Shown here: positions 27,665-38,899 of the stretch, piece by piece
Position numbering within the stretch: position 1 is the first letter of the stretch
Layout of the letters: each line of letters opens with the position of its first letter
NCBI GenBank assembly: GCA_050273025.1
Contig: CP158636.1
Location: 5,084,001-5,148,000, forward strand
Direction of reading: 5' to 3'
DNA: 64,000 nt
Origin: Cenococcum geophilum
Lineage: Eukaryota
Made by a program: the position numbers and the translations under genes
The notes under the pieces: generated by a model
What the model was told of the DNA's origin: nothing
Seen by the model: the letters and a program-made list of their open reading frames with translations, nothing else
Database searches by the model: none

Positions 27665-30600
27665 TAAAAGATTCCTAAATATAGGTCCGTAGAGTCTCTC
27701 CCTATATAAGGAATGGGTGTCTAAATCGTCGTATAATTGGCAGGGTAATATACTTACTTCCTAGGGCAGTTGCGGGGCTAATTAGGGTGTCCGTAATATT
27801 ATTATAGTATACCTATAACCTATCCATATCTGCAAGACAGAGTAGAAAGGGGGTGTCCGCTTTTACTACGTGGAAGTTAACTAGGCTAATTAGAGTCTTA
27901 ACTTTAACTAATCTAATTAATACGGTTAAGCCGATGCCGAATTAGACGTTTATGGCCCTAGTTTACGTAATATCAATATCCGTATTATTATTTATGGTGG
28001 TTTTATATACGAGGTATTATCCGTAGCCTACGGTAGACTTCTTAGAGGTACCTATGTCGATTATAATACCGTAGAATTCCTTAGGGGTATAGCGTTCTAT
28101 AGTGATATATGCAAATAGGTCCTGCTTATAATCTATAACATTTATAATAGGGGTGCTTATGGAATGGTTTTTGGGCGTAACTAAGTATAGGAAGGAACGG
28201 TCGGCTAATACGGTCGTAATATTAAAGGCTTAGCTGTCCGTAAAAGGTCCGAAAGTAGTTAGGAATATCTTTAAGGTCTCTTATTCCTAAGCGTCTAAGT
28301 TAAAGTTAATTATAAGGGCTTCTATTAACTTATTAGGGGGCTCTTCTACTTCCTCTCCTTTATATTCCAAAATGAACTAGTTAATATAGCTATTAAGTCT
28401 CTTCCTAAACTTGTTATGTTCTTCCTAGGTATGCCTTATAAACTAATATTCTTCCTTATTATATACGAAGCACTTCTAGCTAGTTTGTTTGTGGGGGTAT
28501 ATTTTCGTATAGAGGTTGCTATAGGGGTTACGGGTAGGACTTAGTCGGTATAGGTACTGCTAGCGGTAGCGGCGGTCCGTAAAGTAGACGTCTAAGTCTA
28601 TTTACGGATATTAAATATCTATAATAAAGGCTTAAGTGCTACCTAGTGGGTTTAAGACTTTGTATATTATAATAGAGGAGCGTAAATCATTAATAAGGCC
28701 AGCTAAGGTATTTGTAGGCTTATAGTAGGTATACTTGCAAGGCTTTACTTCCTAGTAGGCCGTAATAAGTTTATTATGCAGGAAGTTATCTATTTAAAGC
28801 TTAGCGTTAAGGCCGTACTATAGGTGCCGGAGGTCTTTAATAAGAATTTATAGGCACTTAATAGTCGATTTTTTAGTGTTCTTGTTAATTACGGTCCGTA
28901 GCTTAGTCGCATTCTATTAGGTAAGGATATTACGCTTATATTCCGGTCCTTTAAAGTAGTTACGGGTAGCTTTATATAGCTTATTAAAGGGAACACTAAG
29001 GGGGTTGCTTTTAAGGTTAGTGTAATAGTAGTTAAGTGCTAGGCTGCGTAGTATAGTAGAGTAGGCTTGGCTAAACTCTTATTTAGAAATATTAGCCTTC
29101 TAGCAAAGGTTAGTAAAGATAGTTAGTTTAAAGTTAAAGTTATCGTTTTTACCGCTATACTTAGATTTGTTAGTATAAAGCTTAGCTAGGTTAGCTAGCT
29201 TCTTACCGTAAGTCTTTACTTAGGTAGGTTGCGGATCTGTAGCTTATGGATATATGGCTTATAGATATATAGTTTACGGATATATGGCTTGCGGATTTAT
29301 AACTTAAGTAATAGGGGTAATTTAGTCCGTATTTTGGTTTGCAGGGGTATTATAGTCCGTATTTTGGGTTATAGGGGTATTATAGTCCGTAGCGTGGTTT
29401 ATAACTTAAGAGTAGGGTATATTTTAGCTAGCAAGGTTAGCTCTAAAGCCGCTTAGGTCTATGGGATAAATTTAGTTAAGTAGGTTAGATATAAGGCCGG
29501 CGATCCTATTAAGTTTAGAAGAAGTAAAGAGTTCTTTAGTGGTTTTAACCTAGTCTAGGATTTCCTCTTTAGTCTATTCTATTTGGTCTTTCTTATATAT
29601 TATATTATATAAAGACTATATAATAGTAACTCGTTTATCCCTTTTAATTTATACACCTTAGTTACGTAAAAGGGTTTATAGTTTACGGATAGTAATAGGG
29701 TTGCAGGCCTTAAAAATAGCTTTCGTAAAGTCCGTAAAGTCTTCCTAATATTGCTCCCATAGGTCGTTATTTATAAGCTTAAAGTGTTTATATTTAAGGA
29801 TTTTAAAACTAATATAGTCGTTAACGTTGTTTATAGACGTAACGTTAACTCCTTATCTCTACTTCTTTTAACCTTCGCTAACTTGCTTGCTAATATCTAC
29901 TATACTATGTAGTGTAGTATAGTACGTAGCGGGTAGTAGCAGCTTATAACGGGTGGGGGAGGTTTTATAACGGTCCGTAAAATCAATTAACGGGTCCGTA
30001 ATAGTTTGTAGGAGGGTAGGGGGTTTCTATAAGGTCTTATAACGGTCTATAAAGGCAATTAATAGGTCTATAGTAGTTTGTAGAAGGGTAAGGAGTCTCT
30101 ATAAAGGGTTTAAGAGAGGTTAGGGGTATTGGAGAAGGGTAGGGGGTTCCGTATAGGTCTATATTCGCGTCTATAACTTCTAGTAAACTATACTAAGACT
30201 TAAATAAGTATATAGAGTTAGTGATAGTCCGTAATCCCCGACTTCTAACCTTTTAGTAGGTTATACTAGGAGTCTAAACGGGTGGTTGCTGTCGAGTATC
30301 GCTCGGGGGGAGGTATTAAGTAATTGCTAATCTGTGCGCGCTCACTAATCAGTGTTCGTACTAATTTAATGGCACGAGTAAGTTAGATCCAGGGGCACGA
30401 AATACGTATAGTATCGTATGCTCTTTTAGATAATGGTAACTGTTAATTGTATAAAGCAGACTACGTGGTCTATATACTGATGCACCTCCCCCCTAATTAG
30501 TTAGTGCTTCATAAGTGCACCAGACGCGTAAGCGAGTGGTTGGTGCACTGAACGCGTAAACGCGTACCTGGTGTACCGAACGCGTAAGCACGCGGTTGGT

Positions 30601-31213
30601 ATAACAGGTACTGTAATTATATAACTATATATTCGCTTATATATATACTTAGCATAAAAGGAAGGTTAATAACTAGATAAAGCCGCAATTATAATCTATA
30701 CTAACTTCCTTTCCTTATAATAAGAATAGGACGGCATAACTTTACTACCTTAAACAATTAAACGGCGACTTGGCCGCCGTTTTTGGCGGTTTATAACGCC
30801 GTTTTCTAAGGCCGATTTGCCCGAAAACCCCCCAAAACCTACGGCTGGTGGCCTAAGCGCTAAGGCTGTCCGGATTGCCTATATTGGCCTAGCCCAGGCG
30901 CAAATAATATCAGTAACAGAGCAAGGCACCCTTGGCCTTTTTTAACGCTAAGGTACGCCTAGGTACGCCGTATACTTACATACCTTTAGACTCTGGCAAA
31001 CTGTCTTTACTCCTGTCACTATTAGGCACCAAAATAGGCCCCTTTAAATTTAGCTGGCCAGCATATTTAAGATGGCTTCGCCCTCGCTCGTTGACCACAA
31101 GTAGCTACCTATCTTCTCTTCTCCCGTTAGACCTGCCTCTTCTACTTACCGTCCACCTCGCTTATCTTTAAGCATTTATTAATAGCAGCATCGCACTAAC
31201 CCTCCTTTCTTTA

Positions 31214-33703
31214 ATATATTCGCCGACGACAACGTAATATATAATAATACCTATTAGATAAATACTCTTTATCTAAGGAAAGCAAATATGTAGATTTAAA
31301 AACCGACGAAGCTAGTTCCAGCACAGACTTAACTGACGTTAATATCTATAGTAATAAAGACAATAATAATCGGGTATAGCTCCTTGCTAACAAAGGCCAC
31401 CCACCTAAGTACTATCTTAAATAGCTTAATACGTTTAATAAAGCAGAATATATAAAGGAGGATTATAAACCTAGCAGTACCTATTTACTTAACCGCATTA
31501 AAGAGCAGTAGTGCTAGTAAGCAGCCTATCTCTTTCCGTTTCCCTACTATATTATACTACCCTAATAGCGCTAATATATGGTATAGGTTCTAGGCGTACT
31601 TAAGAAAGGACCCTTAAAAGGCCTATATAACCGTCTCTCTTTACAGTCTCTATAGCTTTTTTAACTGGCTACTTAATTAACGCCGAGGGAAAGGAGGAAG
31701 GAGGCGCCGTAGGACTAAGGTATTAAGCTCCCTTAGGATATACTAGAAGGTCTACCGCCTTATATATAAAAGAGCGATTAGTGCGAAGCTTAATAGTCGG
31801 TTAAATAGGAATATATATAAGGTAAGCGCATCCTAACTGCTTTTAGATATTATATACCCTAGGCTTTAGACATAACTAATTTTAGGGGTTAGGTGCTTAG
31901 AAAGCTGGCTAAAAAGTATAGCTTAAAAAAGACGGGGCTAGAGAAGCCCTATATATATATAGAGGACCTTATAAAAGTGCTATGGACGAACCTAATAATG
32001 ACTAAAAAGAGGTACTCCTATGGACGCCATAGGATACTACTCTAGCTATATCTATAACTGGGTGGTTTTACTACGAATCGGCCCTAAGCCCTCCTTAATC
32101 TCTACTATCGGTATATTAGGGTTACGCTACTTTAGGACCTAGAGGGTGGGCCCTACCGTATTTTACTAGAATTTACATTTAAATTTATAAAGGAGTACCT
32201 TAGTATAAAAGATATGTAAATTCTTAAAGTTCTATCCTTTCCTTTTAGTTTCTACTATTTATAATGTTATAAAATAAGTACTAATGCTTACCTACTAACT
32301 AGAAATACCTTCCTTATCCCTAAAATTATCTACAACCCGTTTCTTACCTTTAGCCCCTATATCTTCCTTCTTAGTCTCCTTTTCGCTAATTAGGCGTTTA
32401 TAGTATACAACCTTATATCTCCTAAGGAGCTAAGTAAGCTCTATATTAAGCTAGGTCGCAATAAGCTACTATTATAGCTAAATTAGAAACTAGACAATAT
32501 TCCTATATTCTGCTAGTTAGTGAGGACTCTAAATAGCTAGACCATTTCTTATAACAAACCTCTTCTATACTTTACCCTTACACCCTAGACTAAAGGGCTC
32601 GGGGAGATCACTGGCTTTGCTTAGGTCTCTTGCCTATATTTGCTTAGATATGGTGCCGGAAAGGCATTTAACAAGAATGGTAAGCTCTATTGCGACCGGC
32701 CTTTCTATTAAAAGCACTAAAGAAAAATATAGGTAACGTTAGCGAGGCTATGCAAAACCTAATAATGCAGCATGCCGATATATAAACGTTCTTAAGGCAC
32801 TACCTATTACGACGTATTATAGTAGACACACAGGCGATTATCTAAGGCCTCTAGCCCTAAGATATACTAATGCGGGCCGCTTATACTATAAGCCGTTTAA
32901 TTAATCCTTAATAATTGTAGCGGCTTATAACAGAACAATCTTTATTAGTTAACAATTATCCTACTATCCGTTCTCTGCTTAAGCAAAAAAAGTAACTTAA
33001 ATGCCGTTTTAAAGGTAAAGCTATGAAATATCTAAAGTATAAGGCGCTTAATGGCGAAATTAATAGGGAAAGGCAACGCTAGCGGTATGTACTTTTTAAA
33101 GATATTAAGGAGACTTAAGAACAGGAGTAACTAGTATATAATGTTAAACTGTAGCTTGCCGGCGTTTAAGTTAATATAGAGGCTAGGGTAATAACGGATC
33201 TCTATAGGGGCATGTTATTAGAATAGAAGGAATTAGTTAATGCGGTCGTTAGCCTACTAGGTACCACATTTAAAGAGGAAATTTATTAACGCGATAGGGC
33301 TATTTATGCGGTTATGCAATACTATAAGGTTAAGGAAGGTAGAATATACCCTACTGCTTCTAAACTTTGCGAATAATCTAGCGGTTATATAAGACCAGTT
33401 AAGACGATAGATGAGGCTAAAATTAACTCTTAAGTTAAAGCCTTAAAAGTAGCCAAAGTGTTAGTATACAGTGAGAAGAGGCTAAAGATATGTTTCCTTT
33501 GTCTAGGTAACAAAAACCTGTCGATTAAATAGCGTATATATTCGTTTTATACCCTAGGTGATTTTAGTAAATACTTTAAGCGGAAGCACCTTGCGAATAT
33601 TAGGGAAAAGGAAAAGATCTAATATAACCTCTGTTAGGTTATTTTGGTATATAAAATGCACCTATAATAATATACTAATAATATACACGGTACGGTCTTA
33701 TAG
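31214..33703 (+). pseudogene. DUF3435 tyrosine recombinase (Starship captain), RIP-inactivated, ~4 introns; start approximate
   Basis: Translated motifs: GHPPKYYLK, FFNWLLN.RRGKGGRRR, SLRIY.KVYRL, LQLGGFTTNRP.ALL, LLEFTFKFIKEYL, IPKIIYNP, LRYGAGKAF, MQHADI.TFLRHYL and C-terminal CFLCLGN...FSKYFKRKHL. GTAAGC-type introns lie near 31517, 31822, 32215 and 32680. Confidence 0.88.
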
Positions 33704-33899
33704 AGCGCTGCAACTGTTTAAAATATAGATTTACTCTATAAATAGTACAATTTTAGTTTTAATACTAAGGATTAATTACGGCAAGTAGTCTTAGAAAATT
33801 TCTTTTGTATTTTGTAAGATAGGCTGTTTTATATAAACGTTAAGAAACTTTAATTATAATAATAGAGGTTAAACGCGTTCACATTTCTCTAAGGGGATC

Positions 33900-34131
33900 T
33901 CGGGCTTTAAGTATTTTGTCTTAGGGATAAAGCGAAGCCAATAGAAGAACGTATGCACCAGTTCTACAGCCGGGCTATTTTAAAGAGATATCTCTACCGT
34001 AAGCACCTTAATCAACTTAAAAAGGGACAATTAATTAGGTGTGGCTATCCAAACTATAAGGCAGCCCTTAAGAATGACTTATATATTCTATATCACGCCT
34101 ATAATATATACAAGACCCTAACACTTCTTTA
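33900..34131 (+). pseudogene. Second copy of the captain C-terminal C2H2-like zinc-finger module
   Basis: Reads FCLRDKAKPIEERMHQFYSRAILKRYLYRKHL...CGYPNYKAAL...HAYNIY, paralleling the captain's CFLCLGNKNLSIK.RIYSF...KRKHL. Confidence 0.55.
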
Positions 34132-34999
34132 GTTTCCTATCTTTAAACAAGTAGTAGGATCTCTAACTATGCGGGTGGCGTATATTAGGTGTTCTACTAG
34201 TCTTAATTAAGGGATACTAGTGCGTAATTAACATTATAGCCCTAGTTATGCAAGCTAGGTGGTCGTGCGAGCTAGGTCGGAGGCTATATAGTTTAGCCTA
34301 ATACTATTTACCCCTAGTATGCAAATTGGTAAGAAGCATATACTATCCTAGCTTAGGAGGCCGCACTAACCTATTAAGTTTAGCGGGCTGTGACAAATAA
34401 TAGGTAGATTAGCGATTAACCCCGTAATTTCGAATTGCGTTATACAGTGTATTATAATCTAATTAGTATCGTTAATTCGTTTTAACCCTAAATAAAAATT
34501 TATAGGCTTATTCTTCCTTATATACTAACCACTACCTTTAATTAGATATATAAAATGATTTCTAACTCATCTTAAGATAATAGAGTCTCCAACCCCTCGT
34601 AGGAGCCTTATAATCTTAAGGTGGTGAAGGAATATCCCCCACGAGGATCATAGACGCTGTATTGGCTTACTTCACTAACAAGCTTTACGTACAGTTGTTG
34701 CGACCGCGTTAAGAAGGCAAAGCTCGTAGCGACACGCAATAAAAATTGGGATGCTCTTTACTGTAATGCGTGTTATAGTCTGCTTCTCTTAAAACATTAA
34801 TAAGGTCCGCAACACCTAAGCCCACTAGGCTCCTAAGACGTCTTAAGTATTTATAAGTGGCAGCTGTTAAATCGGTCCTCTCGCGATTACCCTTAAACTT
34901 AAAAAGCTACATCTTATCTTACATTCGCCGCCACCGAAGTTAAATGTTGGTTGGCCCCTCTAACCGACTAGTAGGAATAATTTAGCGGCTGTAGCTTCG

Positions 35000-35520
35000 G
35001 TCCTGCGAGCTAGGAGCTCGTAGGAGCTGGGGGCTCGTGGGAGCTAGGGGATCCTACGAGCTAGGTAATTATACAAGTAGAGTAGTCTGACCTAGCGCCT
35101 CTAATTAATACCTAGCGTGTAAATAGGGTATTAATGGGTTTAATAACTTCGCGGCTTTGATCCTGCGAGCTAGGCGATCGTGCGAGCTAGATGCTCGTAG
35201 GAGCTGGCCAATCCTACGAGCTAGGTGATCATGCGAGCTAGGTAATCATGCGAACTAGGTGATCGTGCAAGCTGGGTAATCATGCGAGCTGGGTAATCGT
35301 GCGAGCTGGGTGATTATGCGAGCTAGGTGATCCTACGAGCTAGGTGATCGTGCGAGCCTGGTGCTCGTGGGAGCTGGGAAATCCTGCGAGCGGGGTGATC
35401 GTGCGAGCAGGGTGATCGTGCGAGCGGGGTGATCGTGCGAGCTGGGCGATCGTGCGAGCTGGGCGATCGTGCGAGCTGGGCGATCGTGCAAGCGGGGTGA
35501 TCGCGCGAGTAGGGTGATCT
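35000..35520. repeat. 17-bp GC-rich minisatellite (GTGCGAGCTGGGTGATC)n, ~20 tandem units plus flanking partial clusters
   Basis: Tandem units are directly visible at 35160-35520, with related units at 35000-35090 and ~34250-34280. Confidence 0.9.
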
Positions 35521-37299
35521 GACCTAGCGTCCTCTATTAATACCTAGCAGGAAGCAAATGTTAGGAAAATATTAGAACTACGAAAAAAGGAAATACATGG
35601 GTCCTAGATCTAGAAATATTAAAGAAGTTTCTATATAAAGACTCCTATAAACTTTATAACGACTTAAAGCCCCCTTATATATACTTGGAGAAGTTTATAT
35701 ATAAACAGCCCTATAAGCGTAGCCATAAGTCTAAGCCCCCTTACGTAACCTAACTACCCCTCCCTACTACACCAGAATAGATAAATAACCGCTATATACC
35801 ATAAGCAGAGAAATGATTTAAATAAAAGGAAAACACTATAAAATAACATGTTTATATCCTTAAGATATAAATCTATAAGTACCATAGTATTAAACACGAC
35901 TAATAGTTGCTGGTGTGGTATGCGTTCCAGGTCTATAAGAAAATTAAAAAATCCTAGGTTGTTAGTATAGATTTGCCTTCTATTATTGCTTTTAAGGTAG
36001 TAAATAAATTTATCTAAGTAAAAGTATAGATTATTACGAATGCTTTATAGCTCGCTATAAGTCAAGCGGGCAAAGACTCTAGTGGGAATGGTAAAATATT
36101 GTTTTGTTTTACAATAGGCTAAATAAAAAAAGGCTAAAGTTTTAACCCTTTTACCATCTTTTATTAGAACTCTTCTTTGCATTTTTATCCTTTACTTATA
36201 GATTTAAGACTATAAAGTTAAGGCCACCGTATTTAACCGTTGCCTATATAGCCTTGTCGCTTAACATCTCTCTATTGCTATCTGCCCCTATTTCTTAATC
36301 TTTAGTGCTAAAACCATTTTCTCCGTTATATAATGTCTCTACGTCCTATTCTAAGTCACTTTCCCAACCAGCTAACGCCTCTACATTGCCGTTGTTATCT
36401 CTGAAGTTGGTTTCTCTATCTATAAACTAGCTAATAATTTAGGGACGCTGCGCTTGTAGGTACTTAGGGTTGCGGGATACTACTTAAGGAGAAATTGTAG
36501 TTAATGTTGTTGGGATATAGAATAAGCCTATAGACCTCTAAGTACTAGCTGCTTAACGCCTTAAGTAAAAGATCTCTTCTAACGCAAGGCAGATTAATAG
36601 GAGTTGATTACCGCCTATATAAGGTAGAGTGCTTATAAAGGGCTTAGCTAGAATGCCAATTAAACTACCTTATAGGCACTAATAGCTCCTTTGCCACAGA
36701 TGGGGAGTAAATATATAAGGTTGACTGGCTAAGATAAGTCTATTACTTAAGCAGTGTCCGGCTTTATAAAGGGTGGGCGTTAGAAGTAGATTATATAATA
36801 CTATTTCTACTAGGTAAGGCGTTATTAGGGGGTTATTGTTGGCTTCTAGTTCTAGTTTATAACTTTATATAAACGCCTCTAAACCCTACACTATTAGGGC
36901 TGTCTAAAAGCTAAGTTGCCTATTTACCTTATCTTAACCTTAGGCTAAGCTCGTTAGCTATTAATTTATTAAGGTAATAGGAAGTTATATTAAAGCGTGT
37001 AATAGGGCTTAAGTAAAGCCATATAATTAGATGGGCATTGCTATACAAAGTAACGCTTAACCGGCTGCCTCTATATCGCCGTCTTAGAATAATTGGAAGA
37101 AAGGGGTTAATATTAGCCCTTACTGTTTAATGTAACCCTCCTAAGGCATAGTAAGGTGGGGTATAGACGGGGAAGGATTATACTCCTGTTATGGCTGTAT
37201 TATAGTGCATTTATAATGCTATACTAGTATCCCTAAGTTAGTAAATTGGCTTAACTTTTAAGGCATAGTTAAAGCGGAGCCTACCGTTAGCTCTCCTAT

Positions 37300-38450
37300 T
37301 AGCTAAGTAGTAGAGAGGAGCAGGATATAAAAGGCCTCTATATCCTTTAACTAGACCTATATTAAGTATAGTATCCTTTAAGAAAATCCCTCCTTACTTT
37401 CTTATAAAGACACTCCGTGACCTTACCGGCACTATCTACTCTAAAATGCTTCCGGTTTTGGCCCTAAGAGTTTAAATAAGCCTTGGTTTTAAGTTCTTAA
37501 GTTAAGCGAACAGTCCTTATAGTGGGATTAATGCCTTTTAGCGTCTCCTTAATATTGGTGATAAAGGCGCTATATACCTAAGAGCGGTGTAGCGCAGTGT
37601 TATAAGCGCGTAAGCGGCTAGCCTAGCCGTCCTGTTGCAATAATCGTGGCATTATTAACCAGCTAGTTATCTTGGCCGTGGTCATAGTCTCTACAGCCAT
37701 ATACCGCTGGGGCGAGTAGTGGTAACTTATACCTTACTCGGCCGCTTCTTGTCTCCCTCCTCTTTATCGCCTATATTAAGAGTCCGTCTCCGCTTCCAGC
37801 CCTTCTGCTATGCTATATTGGGCATAGCATCTTCTATAGCGGCGGAGACTTCTTAGGTAAAGCTGACGTGCTTCTTAGCAAGGCGCTCTTTCTCCTCCTT
37901 ATCTTCCCCAGATATCCTCCGCCGCTTCCTCCTATATAGTATAGCTAGAGGGCTTTTAGCGGATAGCGGTGGTATTAGGAGCTAGTTTACTTGGCGTGGC
38001 CTCCGCGGCCTCTAGGGCCAGTCTAGTGCTACTACTAGTTTCCCCAGACTAACTTTAGCGTTAATATTATTACCGCCTTTGTCTTTATTGTTATTATTAT
38101 TATTACTACCATCGTTAGAGGTGGCCCCCTTAAGCTCTTCCTGCGCCTTTAATTTGGCCTTACGCTTCTCTTTAACCTCTAATAGCGTGTGCCCTATAGG
38201 CTATTTATCGGCGGCGCTATAATATATAATACTTCTATATATCTATTCGGTAATAACCGCATTAAGGTGCTGTTTAAGTATGGCAGCGAATTAGTTATTA
38301 TAGGCTTTCTAAGATACTGGTGTACCCGCGTAAGGAACAAGGTAGGCACCTTAAGTGGTAACAATATTAAGGCAGTCCTGCAAGTTCGCGCTACTATTAA
38401 TTTAATAGGCCGTAATACGAAACTGAATTAAAAGGATATAGGCTTACGAT
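37300..38450 (-). pseudogene. RIP-degraded gene of unknown function (Starship cargo)
   Basis: A long codon-like minus frame with stops mostly explainable by RIP, e.g. EVKEKRKAKLKAQEELKGATSNDGSNNNNNNKDKGG (probably a former acidic tract). No family recognised; limits approximate. Confidence 0.35.
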
Positions 38451-38899
38451 GAGCAGATCTTGGCTGGCCGTAGTAGTAGGTGGGCTATCTAGCCGCGATG
38501 TCATGGCCAGCGATGGCTGTGTAGGACGTCACAAGTTGGGCTGTTTTAGGTGGAGGTTAGGGAGGTAAGCCTTCAAATAAGTCGGAAATCCATAAGTTAG
38601 CACAGGCGCGAGGAGGCGTTATTACGTAATCTAATATGTGGGGCACAATAAGGGGGTGGCACGAACCCTAGGCCTAATTATAGTTGGAAGCAATAGAACA
38701 TAGAGCAGCGGCATCATCGTTAAGAGAAACAGGAATTTAATTGCTATAGGTACTAGATACGGTATATACACTAGTGCTACTAGTCTCTCTCTTATATAAC
38801 TATAACATACTAGCTAGGCGGCCTTCTAAATAACACTTACTTATACCTCCCTATTTTTAAGGCTATACTCTAACCGTCATCTCTTTACCTGCGGAGATT

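Larger units (their letters stand above)
13607..30623 (-). mobile_element. Full-length Copia LTR retrotransposon (271-bp LTRs 13607-13877 and 30353-30623), interrupted by two nested insertions
   Basis: The LTRs are near-identical (TGTTCGTAC...GTAATTATATA) with 5-bp TSD ACTAT. The minus strand shows RNase H ISGGNNLVDAMTKAK, integrase MAVKAINNTASPNGLVPTLLV (ORF 16041-16304), RRFGH motifs and protease GIIIDIGTS. Confidence 0.92.
3776..30747 (+). mobile_element. Gypsy copy C, the host of the nest, in three pieces: 3776-4860 (RT/RNase H), 11533-13606 (RNase H/integrase/chromodomain/3' region), 30624-30747 (3' region)
   Basis: RT motifs include LFIPKKN.KLRLYINYK.LNNITRKDRYSLPLI, and RNase H has NYNIYNKELLGIV. 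The pieces join across TSDs TAGAAAGT (4853/11533) and ACTAT (13602/30624). The 3' pieces are colinear with copy A (e.g. 3010-3174). Confidence 0.85.

Noticed and set aside
80..31171. ORF-track entries at 80, 7186, 20316, 24799, 30932 as genes
   Set aside because: They are antisense or off-frame fragments within RIPed transposons or the element's leader.
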